The notes under the pieces: model-generated
The model's input: only the letters and a program-made list of their open reading frames with translations
Database searches by the model: none
Told to the model about the DNA's origin: nothing
Assembly: GCA_964480325.1 (NCBI GenBank)
Contig: CAYZOL010000001.1
Coordinates: 3,717-32,450, forward strand
DNA length: 28,734 nucleotides
Reading direction: 5' to 3'
Origin: an uncultured Candidatus Saccharibacteria bacterium
GTDB lineage: Bacteria > Patescibacteriota > Minisyncoccia > Phycocordibacterales > UBA9973
Shown here: in pieces, positions 8,314 to 16,499 of the stretch
Layout: every line of letters begins with the position of its first letter
Numbering within the stretch: the stretch's first letter is position 1
Program-made: the position numbers and the translations under genes

Positions 8314-9324
8314 TTATATCTTGAATTCAATTACGTCTCCGTCCTTTACAATATATTCCTTTCCTTCAGTTCGGACCCATCCGCGTTCGCGGGCGACAGC
8401 GTATGATCCTGCTTCTAAAAGTTTATCACATGCCACCACCTCCGCTCGGATGAATTTATCCTTGAAGTCATTGTGTATGGCAGTGCCTGCAACTGGCGCC
8501 GTACTCCCCTTCTTTATAGTCCATGCACGTGTCTCATCCTCCCCAGTGGTTAGGAATGTCTCAAGTCCCAACAAGTCGTACGATGCCTTTATGAGGTCAT
8601 CAAAACCTTTTTCAAAAACAGAGTCTATTTTCACTGATGCACCTGGCTTGCCTGCCGAAGAGGCAGGTGGATTTATCTCCACGTTTTCATTTGCCTCAGA
8701 TGTGTTTAGTACATAAAGCATTGGTTTGAGTGTAAGCAGGTTTAATGATTTGATTTTAAACTTCTCCTCATCTGTTAACCCTGCTTCAGTAGCCATTTTA
8801 CTTGCCTCAAGCACGGCCTCAACTTTTTTAAGTATTGCTTCCTCGGCTATAGCTTCCTTCTCTCCCCTTTTTACATCGCGAGACAAATTCGCTAACCTTT
8901 TTGAAACTGTTTCATAGTCTGCCAAAACAAGCTCTAGATTTATCACACCGATGTCATCCATTGGGGAAACTTTATTCGCCACATGAATAACAGAGGGGTC
9001 CTGGAACACTCGCACCACATGCGCTATCGCATCTACTTCTTTAATATTTGTTAAGAATTTATTCCCCAAACCTTCACCCTTTGAGGCGCCAGCAACTAGC
9101 CCAGCAATGTCTACAAATTCTATAACAGCTGGAATTTTCTTAGCTGATTTTGATAGCTCTGTCAGCTTGTCCACCCGTCCATCTGGTACAGGAACAATGC
9201 CTACTGATGGGTCAATGGTACAAAAAGGATAATTCTCCGCCGGTACACTTTTCTTCGTTAGCGCATTAAAAAGTGTACTTTTCCCCACATTTGGTAAACC
9301 CACAATTCCTATACTTAAAGACAT
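8314..9324 (-). CDS. ychF: Obg-family ATPase YchF
   Basis: GIVGLPNVGKSTLFNALT, NYPFCTIDP, DIAGLVAGASKGEGLGNKFL and a C-terminal TGS domain (AIHNDF...FIRAEV...EGKEYIVKDGDVIEF). Confidence 0.97.
   Translation of the reverse strand: MSLSIGIVGLPNVGKSTLFNALTKKSVPAENYPFCTIDPSVGIVPVPDGRVDKLTELSKSAKKIPAVIEFVDIAGLVAGASKGEGLGNKFLTNIKEVDAIAHVVRVFQDPSVIHVANKVSPMDDIGVINLELVLADYETVSKRLANLSRDVKRGEKEAIAEEAILKKVEAVLEASKMATEAGLTDEEKFKIKSLNLLTLKPMLYVLNTSEANENVEINPPASSAGKPGASVKIDSVFEKGFDDLIKASYDLLGLETFLTTGEDETRAWTIKKGSTAPVAGTAIHNDFKDKFIRAEVVACDKLLEAGSYAVARERGWVRTEGKEYIVKDGDVIEFKI
8651..8667. repeat. GC-rich hairpin CCTGCC-GAAGA-GGCAGG inside the ychF coding frame
   Basis: A 6-bp perfect stem encoding part of PPASSAGKPG in the variable region after the G4 motif. 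Confidence 0.55.
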
Positions 9325-9390
9325 AAAGACACTTTACACGATTTAAGTAAATTTTGGAAGACATTTCCGCAAAGTACATGCCATATGGTT

Positions 9391-10230
9391 CTATTGTTGA
9401 AACACTTCACGGAGCTCGCTAGACTTGTAAAACAAGGAACCGAGCATCCCAAAGGTGTATTTTTGCCCCCCTACCTCTATGACTGATCCTGATACCTGTG
9501 GATTTATCTTTGGTACTGAAGCCTCAAAACCTAAGTTAAAAAGTGTCACCAAGACATCAGGCCTATCTGAGATGTCATAGCCAGCTCGCAACCATTGTGA
9601 TTCTATCTCTTTCAAATAAACTGCAGTGTATAGGTATGAATAGTAGTGGTCATGCGGGTCGGTAAGCCGGCTATATAACTCTGTACTATGTTGTGCATCG
9701 CTTTTATATTTAAGAAGGTCACTTATGCCTCGCCCTGGGTAAAATACTGATTCTCCATCATTTGCGTACTTTTCAATATCGTCTGCAGTTTCTTGTTTTA
9801 TACCAGATACTCCTAGGGAAAATTTTGACATCGAGCCAAGGAGTTTCATGGGCTCAAAATACCTTTTAAAGGTTTCTCTGTTGGAAGTAAAAAACCGTAC
9901 CTGCTCTGGAACCACAGCTGCCGCAATCATCCGCGGAGAAATCCCCACTTCACTTGCCACACGCATTATTATATCTTTATCTTTGATAAGACCTTCACGC
10001 ACCACTACCCACTCCGCTGTATTAGTCCAAGAACACTCTGTGTCGGGCTTTTCCGTATTTATGCATCCATATATGTTATCTACCTTTTGTACCTCACCAA
10101 AAAACGCATTACGCTCATCTATTGATCCAGGAACATTTAGCAATCCAAGTTGCATAGCAAAAAATACACCGACGAAAACAATCCCAGCAAACGCAAAAAA
10201 ATATAATAATATTATGAAATACTTTTTCAT
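9391..10230 (-). CDS. N-terminally anchored extracytoplasmic protein with a putative lysozyme-like/transglycosylase fold
   Basis: N-terminal hydrophobic helix; ISPRMIAAAVVPEQVR (helix ending in Glu), SLGVSGIK, AVYLK and LFNLG occur in the order of SLT/lysozyme-like motifs I-III. The match is degenerate. Confidence 0.4.
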   Translation of the reverse strand: MKKYFIILLYFFAFAGIVFVGVFFAMQLGLLNVPGSIDERNAFFGEVQKVDNIYGCINTEKPDTECSWTNTAEWVVVREGLIKDKDIIMRVASEVGISPRMIAAAVVPEQVRFFTSNRETFKRYFEPMKLLGSMSKFSLGVSGIKQETADDIEKYANDGESVFYPGRGISDLLKYKSDAQHSTELYSRLTDPHDHYYSYLYTAVYLKEIESQWLRAGYDISDRPDVLVTLFNLGFEASVPKINPQVSGSVIEVGGQKYTFGMLGSLFYKSSELREVFQQ

Positions 10231-10250
10231 TCGTTAGTCAATTTACAAAA

Positions 10251-11339
10251 TTAGTTATCTAAGGCTTTTATTTTATTCACCAATTTTTCTTCCTCACTTT
10301 TTATTTCCTTTAGCTCATCTAGCAACAAGTCATTGGCTTTTTCGAGTTCTCCCATTTCTTCTTTTAATGAACTTATATCATGCGCTTTCTTGAAAAATTC
10401 AGTTCTAAATGTCTTCTTTCTTAATACAAGCACTAGCACAATAATGATAAGCAAACCAATTAATACGTACAAAACTATAAAACTAAAGTTGTCCTGAATT
10501 GTGGCAACTAGCGTGCTTTGTTTTGGATCTTCACCAGGCACTTTTATCCATTTTTCGTTTAAAGCTTGTCTTTCACTTATACTAATTTGCAACATGCCCT
10601 TGTCTAGTATTGACTGTAGTATTGCTTTGTCTTTCGACACCCCAAAGGACGGCTCATAATCATAGCCCACATTCCCCGCAATCTTTACACTGGACAATAC
10701 TTGCTTTGATAAATAATATGACAAAGATGCAACATCCATTACTCCTGCCTCCACTTCACCTAGCACTACTTGCTGTAAACTAACCTCATCGTCCGTGACA
10801 TCCTCAATAACAACACGTGGATAATTTTCTCGAACGTATGCTTCTAATGATGAATCACTTACCACCGAAACTCTCTGACCATTCAAATCTGGTAAATTCA
10901 AAATTTTCTTATGGCTATTGTCTTTTCTTACAACTATTACAGTCGGAACAGTTATATACGAATCCGAAAAAATAAAATGCAATTCCTTCTCGCTAGTTGG
11001 TGAAACCCCAGTAATAACATCACCCTTGCCCTCGGCAAATTCTGCAAGTAATTGATTTCTCGGTTGGGGTGAAAGATATTGAATTTTTGCCCCTACTTTC
11101 TCTGCAATAAGTTCGATATAATCTATCGAAAGCCCTTGAATTTTACCTCCAGCGCTTATATATGAAAAAGGTGGGTCGTTTTTTTCAGGATAAACGATAA
11201 TTGTATTGTTTCTTGATTTGAGCCATAAGTTTTCCTCTGAAGACAAGATATTTGACCCCCTTGCACTAAAAGGCATAACTACTAGAGCTACAGTAAAAAA
11301 TGCAATAATATGCAAAAAAATTAACCGGTTATTTCTCAT
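10251..11339 (-). CDS. Membrane-anchored solute-binding (family 3/Venus flytrap) domain protein without a catalytic output domain
   Basis: Signal peptide, LSSEENLWLKSRNNTIIVYPEKNDPPFSY...GLSIDYIELIAEKVG, DLNGQRVSVV, one C-terminal TM helix and a short coiled coil. I place the start at ATG 11339 rather than GTG 11360 because the upstream codons coincide with a promoter motif. Confidence 0.8.
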   Translation of the reverse strand: MRNNRLIFLHIIAFFTVALVVMPFSARGSNILSSEENLWLKSRNNTIIVYPEKNDPPFSYISAGGKIQGLSIDYIELIAEKVGAKIQYLSPQPRNQLLAEFAEGKGDVITGVSPTSEKELHFIFSDSYITVPTVIVVRKDNSHKKILNLPDLNGQRVSVVSDSSLEAYVRENYPRVVIEDVTDDEVSLQQVVLGEVEAGVMDVASLSYYLSKQVLSSVKIAGNVGYDYEPSFGVSKDKAILQSILDKGMLQISISERQALNEKWIKVPGEDPKQSTLVATIQDNFSFIVLYVLIGLLIIIVLVLVLRKKTFRTEFFKKAHDISSLKEEMGELEKANDLLLDELKEIKSEEEKLVNKIKALDN

Positions 11340-11350
11340 GCTATTCAAAT

Positions 11351-11359
11351 AGCATACCA
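11351..11359 (-). promoter_or_regulatory. Extended -10 promoter TGGTATGCT
   Basis: Plus-strand agcatacca; 11 nt between the hexamer and ATG 11339. Confidence 0.5.
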
Positions 11360-11374
11360 CATATTAATGGTATG

Positions 11375-12523
11375 TTAAAATTGCCCTGGCTTAGATTTGT
11401 CCTCTACTAATTTGTCCACAGTTTTGTCCAGTATCTTTTCCTGGCGCTCCATTTGATGTCCAGAGAGGTCGATCTTCTCCTCTTCCAAGCCCATTCGTTT
11501 TTTCAAAAGTCTCATTCTTCTCCATGAATACCAAGGAATAAAGTAAATAATTACAATCAGAGTCACAATAGGAATCAAAAGTCCAAGCACATTTATCACA
11601 ACTACAAGGGTTTTTACTATCTTGCTGTCTGACACAAGCAACTGAACTCCCAGCCCTGGCTTTTCTACATTTGCATCAGTGTCAACCAAAAATGGAGTTG
11701 CGTTGTACACTCCTGCAACTAGATCCTTTGGACTTATGTATTCAAACAATCCTTCATTATTGTTTTTTACTAAGACTTCGTCCAACTTCTTCTTTTCTGA
11801 TTGCAAGTAAGCTATCAACCTTTCTCCAACAGACTTTACTGAAACGTCCTTAAAAACTATTTTAGTTAGAGCATCTGGCTCACCCTTCCCTTTGACAAAA
11901 AAAGTATCTAGAGAATTTACAAGTGGTGAGTATTCAGTAATTACAGGAAGGGCAACCAGCCTTTTGTCTAATGAAGTAGTACCCTCAGTTTGCTGTACGA
12001 TAACTTTGTCTTGAAAGATAACTGGCTTGTTAATTATTTTAAAATCCGCCTTACCAAATGTAACAAGCACATTGCTACCCAACCCGTCATTAGCAAGGAC
12101 TGATCCTTCGTTAAACCCCAAGTTTACTTGGCCAGTTTTCTTTGCTTCAAAAGTAACTCTAAAAACGTTACCACCTGCCCCTTGAAAGCCAGGGTTGAGC
12201 ACTATACCCTCAAAGACAATTTTGTCCCTGTACGCCTTAGGTTCTTTGGTCCAAAGATTGATAATACTGTTGTCTTTGACTATTGATACTGTCTGCAGTA
12301 AATCTGCCGGAAAGGCAAAAATTCCTGATATCGCGTTTATTGACTGATCAGTTGAGTTTACCCTTACATTCACACTCACCCGATCACCTTCCTCAATCAC
12401 TTTAGGTGGGGTACTAAAAAACAATGTGGAAGAAGCATGAGCAAAATTCTGCTGAAAGCAACCAAAAATAATGAACAAGAAAAATGAAAGGAAAAATACC
12501 TTCAGAAAAGCCATAAATTTCAT
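11375..12523 (-). CDS. Cohesin-domain surface protein with an Ig-like domain, C-terminal TM anchor and cytoplasmic coiled coil
   Basis: Signal peptide; beta-rich GDRVSVNVRVNSTDQSINAISGIFAFPADLL...GNVFRVTFEAKKTGQVNLGF..GSVLANDGLG (cohesin-like); TM VINVLGLLIPIVTLIVIIYFIPW. The start overlaps the upstream stop (ATGA). Confidence 0.7.
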   Translation of the reverse strand: MKFMAFLKVFFLSFFLFIIFGCFQQNFAHASSTLFFSTPPKVIEEGDRVSVNVRVNSTDQSINAISGIFAFPADLLQTVSIVKDNSIINLWTKEPKAYRDKIVFEGIVLNPGFQGAGGNVFRVTFEAKKTGQVNLGFNEGSVLANDGLGSNVLVTFGKADFKIINKPVIFQDKVIVQQTEGTTSLDKRLVALPVITEYSPLVNSLDTFFVKGKGEPDALTKIVFKDVSVKSVGERLIAYLQSEKKKLDEVLVKNNNEGLFEYISPKDLVAGVYNATPFLVDTDANVEKPGLGVQLLVSDSKIVKTLVVVINVLGLLIPIVTLIVIIYFIPWYSWRRMRLLKKRMGLEEEKIDLSGHQMERQEKILDKTVDKLVEDKSKPGQF

Positions 12524-13398
12524 ACTCTATATTTTAGCAATTTATACAATAAAAGGCCAAGCAAAAATACAGCAAGCACAATCACTGGTATATGTTTTGG
12601 CTCTATCAAACTAGGTATAACAATAGTTGAGTCTCTGTAGTTCCCTGCATAATCGTATGCTCTCACTGTTACTGCTTTTGCAAAAATTCCCTTATTCACC
12701 TTGTATGGGCTACTAGCTTCTGTCCATGGTTTCCAGCTTTCTTTTACCATGTACGATTTTATACCAGTGTCTTCGTCATTGGTGTTAAACATGATCAATG
12801 ACGGTGTCTTGGAGAAAAATGAAGAAATAATGTATGACACCTCAAATGGTTCGGGTGGTTTTTTGTCAGTACTGGATTCGGGTTTGTTCTTTTCATTTTC
12901 AACCTTAGCATCATTGCCTTCTATAAATAATTCTGAATTTTTTATAGCATGCACAAGAGCAGTGCCCATTCCATCATTTTTTAACATTTTTGTATCGGAC
13001 AGACTAAAAGTGCCAACTCCGTTTTTTTTTGCTTCAAAAACAAGACTTACTAAAGGCAAGTCTAGAAGCGCGCTACTGTTTGCGTCGTATAATCCAGATA
13101 CACCCCCAGGTATGATACCACTGAACCTAACAACTCCATTCACTTCCTTTGGAGAAAGTATAAATATTTTAAGCAAAGTGTCAGTGTTCTTGTAGCCCTT
13201 AAAATTTAAAAGATCAACATCATATGCTATACTAGCCTCAAAAGAGTTCACTGCCTCGCCGTCAGAATTTGCACTAATCAATACTTCAAAAACCTCACCG
13301 GTTTTTGCTTCTTTAGGTGAAGACACGCTAAAATCCGCAGCTTGAGCGTTTGTAAAAAATGATATAAATATTGCTAATATAATTAAAAGCTTTTTCAT
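12520..13398 (-). CDS. Cohesin-domain surface protein with an Ig-like domain and C-terminal TM anchor
   Basis: Signal peptide (NAQA); GEVFEVLISANSDGEAVNSFEASIAYDVDLL...LVSLVFEAKKNGVGTFSL...MLKNDGMG; VTVRAYDYAGN; TM IPVIVLAVFLLGLLLY followed by a basic tail. Confidence 0.7.
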   Translation of the reverse strand: MKKLLIILAIFISFFTNAQAADFSVSSPKEAKTGEVFEVLISANSDGEAVNSFEASIAYDVDLLNFKGYKNTDTLLKIFILSPKEVNGVVRFSGIIPGGVSGLYDANSSALLDLPLVSLVFEAKKNGVGTFSLSDTKMLKNDGMGTALVHAIKNSELFIEGNDAKVENEKNKPESSTDKKPPEPFEVSYIISSFFSKTPSLIMFNTNDEDTGIKSYMVKESWKPWTEASSPYKVNKGIFAKAVTVRAYDYAGNYRDSTIVIPSLIEPKHIPVIVLAVFLLGLLLYKLLKYRV

Positions 13399-13407
13399 AA
13401 ATAAATA

Positions 13408-14310
13408 TTATCCAGTCCAAAAATATGCCAATATTGAAAAATCAATTAAATTAATAATTCCGTCTTGGTTTGTATCCACGCATAGTGGTGGACTTTGTTT
13501 TTGATACCAAAAAGCCAATACTGAGAAATCAACAAGGTTAATAATGCCATCAAAATTACAATCCCCAAGTATGTTCTGGGTTGCTATGTCTGCTTTTATA
13601 TTTTCATCACCTATTACTACATGCACTAGTTTGCTGATACGTTTGTCGGTTAAATATTTTATGGACACTACGTAGTCACCCTTAGGCATGCCCTTCATTG
13701 GAAGGGTAATTTCATACCTTCCATCAGTTTTTGAAGTGAGCGTAAATTTTTTACTTTGTACACCCTCTATACCTACTTCCAAATCTCTGCTAGGCAATGC
13801 AAAACCGTACACAGTTAAGTAATCCCCATAAAGAACTTCAAGCTTATCAGTAGATATGGTCGGTGCAAAAACTATGCCAGACAAGTGAGTTACGTAGCCA
13901 GAATATACAGCGAGTGGATAATTAATTAATATTGATTGCTTACCACTAGTATCAACGGCAAACAGAGTGTACAAAATATTACTTTCGTACTTTTCATCTA
14001 ATGTCGAATTAAAGTATCCATCACTATCGGCCTTTACTACTAATTGCTCCTTACCATCTTTTAATATATGAACAAATGCATAAGGGTACGCATGACCTGA
14101 GAACTGCACAGCAATTTTGGGAATAGAAATTAGTCTAACGACACCACCACCCGGAGTACTTACTACATCACTGCCCACTATTGCGCTTACACTTATGTTC
14201 TCACTTGACGTTACCGTTCCAGCATAAGTAAACGCAAAATTAAAAAGGAATAAAAAGGTAAGTAAAAAAAATACTTTTGTTGTACTTTTATTTATCATGA
14301 GAACGGCCAT
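13408..14310 (-). CDS. Secreted protein with two Ig-like domains and a C-terminal type I dockerin-like domain
   Basis: Two Ca-binding loops, DCNFDGIINLVD and DTNQDGIINLID, each followed by a helix (FSVLAFW / FSILAYFW). An alternative start is ATG 14298. Confidence 0.75.
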   Translation of the reverse strand: MAVLMINKSTTKVFFLLTFLFLFNFAFTYAGTVTSSENISVSAIVGSDVVSTPGGGVVRLISIPKIAVQFSGHAYPYAFVHILKDGKEQLVVKADSDGYFNSTLDEKYESNILYTLFAVDTSGKQSILINYPLAVYSGYVTHLSGIVFAPTISTDKLEVLYGDYLTVYGFALPSRDLEVGIEGVQSKKFTLTSKTDGRYEITLPMKGMPKGDYVVSIKYLTDKRISKLVHVVIGDENIKADIATQNILGDCNFDGIINLVDFSVLAFWYQKQSPPLCVDTNQDGIINLIDFSILAYFWTG

Positions 14311-15301
14311 GTGGTAACCCCATACCTGCTTTGGCTTTCTCGATAATGTAGCTGTTGTAACTCCTTAGGATTTTTTTACCACCAAAAATTACTACGAATA
14401 ATACGATCAGTAATATTATTAGCAGTTGCCAAGGAAACACAAAAAAGTATACCGATTTAGTATTGGCCAAGGTGTTATTTAACCCATATGTTAGTTTTAA
14501 ATGTGCGCTATAGAATCCAACCGCAAAGTTTTTCCATTGATACACGGCATCATCAAAAAACCTTGACACAAACCGCTCAGATGGTATGTAGTTTTCATCT
14601 CTAGGGTTCTTTACCCAAGTTAGCTCAAACTTACGAGTACTTCCAGGCAAAATATTTCCGTCCACAGGATTACCGTTTATTTTTTCAGCTGGTAAAAATA
14701 CAGTGTCTCGTATTGTTAAATTACCTGTTGGTTTTATTCTGTCATTACCGTCGTTTTTAAATTTATATTCAAAGTCCACTGGCAAAGTATTATAAAAAAA
14801 CTTATTATCCTTTGTATGAAACTCTGTTAAGCCTCCGGCTTCATTTACCTCCCCATTTACCGAGAGAAGAACCAAAATTCCTGTCTTTGTACCAATTGTA
14901 ACTTGTCCTCCGTCTAGAGGTGGTTGTGTACCAAAAAATACAACAGCAAAATATCCACCTGGTTCTGCATCACGTGGAATTGAAATATTTAGCGTAACTG
15001 GTTGTGCGCTTTTAGGAGGCAAATTTATTGCTGGGACTGTACTCATCCACGTGCCTAGCCCTTCCTTTGGTTCAACAAACGCAGGGTTACCTGACTCACC
15101 TTGTGCTTCAAAATTTGAATAGGAAGAATAGTATATTTGCGGACTCTCTCCTTCGTTAAGTAGTGTTATTTCTTGTGAAATTGTATCACCTGGGTTACCC
15201 CTTAGTTCCATTCGTATTGGAGACACCGTCAGAGCAAATGATTGATTTGCGTAGGAAAACAGGGCTATAAATACGAATAAAAATTTTATAATTTTGGGCA
15301 T
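14288..15301 (-). CDS. WxL-interacting-protein-like (DUF916/DUF3324-type) membrane-anchored protein
   Basis: Signal peptide; PapD/DUF916-like first domain (LTVSPIRMEL...ITLLNEG...VTLNISIPRDAEPGGYFAVV); second Ig-like domain (FKNDGNDRIKPTG, NILPGSTRKF, GFYSAHLKL); FFVFPW, TM and basic tail. Confidence 0.7.
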   Translation of the reverse strand: MPKIIKFLFVFIALFSYANQSFALTVSPIRMELRGNPGDTISQEITLLNEGESPQIYYSSYSNFEAQGESGNPAFVEPKEGLGTWMSTVPAINLPPKSAQPVTLNISIPRDAEPGGYFAVVFFGTQPPLDGGQVTIGTKTGILVLLSVNGEVNEAGGLTEFHTKDNKFFYNTLPVDFEYKFKNDGNDRIKPTGNLTIRDTVFLPAEKINGNPVDGNILPGSTRKFELTWVKNPRDENYIPSERFVSRFFDDAVYQWKNFAVGFYSAHLKLTYGLNNTLANTKSVYFFVFPWQLLIILLIVLFVVIFGGKKILRSYNSYIIEKAKAGMGLPHGRSHDK

Positions 15302-15320
15302 GTGCTATTTTACTTTCGTA

Positions 15321-16418
15321 CTAGTAAGTACCGGTTGCAATGTATGTAGCTGTAGTTGTATATGATCCTGACTGAGTCAAACCTGCAATGTTTGCTAAAT
15401 AGTGCATACTAAACGTCTCTGTAGCAGTAGGCACCGTCTCTGTAATTATCGTTGAGGTAGTGCTTGCTACCCATTTCCAATCAGGAGTACCTGCGTATGC
15501 ATATCCAGAGGTAATCGTAGCATCACCGTCGGTAGCAATTGATACACCAAACTGTTCAGTACCAGGTGTGCCGTTTGCGTCATCTGTAACTGAAGCAACA
15601 TCTATTGTGTTTGCTCCTGAGGTTAGTGTTGCACCATTGTACGTAACAATATAACCTCCTGTAGCATTCGTAGTAACAGCTAATGTATGAGCCACAGTAT
15701 CAGAAGAGTTTCCATTAGTGTCTCCTGTTGCCCAGGTTGCTGCCGAAGTAGATAGAGTACCGAAACCAATCGTATTATCAGATATTGCAAAAGTTATACT
15801 TGGAGCAACTGTTGCAGTTATAACAACTTGGTCATCAGCAATTATATCTACTGCAATCGTACCAGAGTCAGCAAACGCACCACCTACAACTATACTGTCA
15901 TCGTCATCTGCTGCACCATTCACAATAGTACTTGCAGAGCCTGTAGCACCAGTAGTTGCAGCTGTACCCATTTCAAATCTTATACAGAAACCAGCAGTCA
16001 AGGTGTCATCTGTCTCAGGAGAGAATGTAATAACGTTTCCAGTTACATCTACTCCCCACTCTGTTGCAGAAGCAGTAAGCGCAACAGTTTCATCTGTATA
16101 AGTTGCGGTGGAACATGTTCCACTATCACCAAGTCCAATATCAAAATTGTTTACATTTTCAGCAGCTACAGTAAAATCAGCACTAAAAGTAAGGGTAATG
16201 GTATCAGCACCACCTGTTTGTATTCCTGTAGGTGTAACAAACTGCACAACAACGGAGTCTGAATTTGTACTTGCAGCTATACGTCCAAACGTCGCTTTTG
16301 CGCTTGTCACAGAGGCGGCCATAGCTTTACCTGGAGCAATCACTACAAGCAACATTGCAAACACTAAAAAGCTACTGATGAATTTTGCAAACAATGATCT
16401 TGTAAATATATTACTCAT
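15321..16418 (-). CDS. Secreted acidic beta-rich protein with a WxL-like C-terminal domain (candidate major subunit)
   Basis: Signal peptide ending AMA; no TM anchor; Cys pair in the N-domain. The C-domain runs DDQVVITATVAPSITFAIS...GSYTTTATYIATGTY and is homologous to that of 16500-17504. Confidence 0.6.
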   Translation of the reverse strand: MSNIFTRSLFAKFISSFLVFAMLLVVIAPGKAMAASVTSAKATFGRIAASTNSDSVVVQFVTPTGIQTGGADTITLTFSADFTVAAENVNNFDIGLGDSGTCSTATYTDETVALTASATEWGVDVTGNVITFSPETDDTLTAGFCIRFEMGTAATTGATGSASTIVNGAADDDDSIVVGGAFADSGTIAVDIIADDQVVITATVAPSITFAISDNTIGFGTLSTSAATWATGDTNGNSSDTVAHTLAVTTNATGGYIVTYNGATLTSGANTIDVASVTDDANGTPGTEQFGVSIATDGDATITSGYAYAGTPDWKWVASTTSTIITETVPTATETFSMHYLANIAGLTQSGSYTTTATYIATGTY

Positions 16419-16450
16419 TTTTTATATAATTTAATACGATTAATACGCAC

Positions 16451-16459
16451 ATTATATCA
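16451..16459 (-). promoter_or_regulatory. Extended -10 promoter TGATATAAT for the 365-aa secreted protein
   Basis: Plus-strand attatatca is a perfect TGnTATAAT, 32 nt upstream of ATG 16418. Confidence 0.65.
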
Positions 16460-16487
16460 CACAAATATATTTTAAATCACTAAAAAG

Positions 16488-16496
16488 TTATCCACA
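16488..16496 (+). promoter_or_regulatory. Perfect DnaA box TTATCCACA
   Basis: Exact match to the canonical DnaA R-box consensus inside the 81-nt intergenic gap. Confidence 0.5.
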
Positions 16497-16499
16497 TTC

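Noticed and set aside
11340-11360. ORF-track N-terminal extension MVCYLNS of the solute-binding protein
   Set aside because: These codons coincide with a TGnTATGCT promoter motif; ATG 11339 gives a normal signal-peptide n-region (MRNNR).
13022-13030. A9 homopolymer in the cohesin gene (also 8-nt runs near 5961 and 17482) as phase-variation tracts
   Set aside because: Such runs are expected in AT-rich, Lys-rich coding sequence and all frames are intact; read-level length variation would be needed.
11375-14310. A true cellulosome
   Set aside because: There is no glycoside hydrolase, CBM-bearing scaffoldin or tandem cohesin array in the window; each protein shows a single cohesin-like domain.
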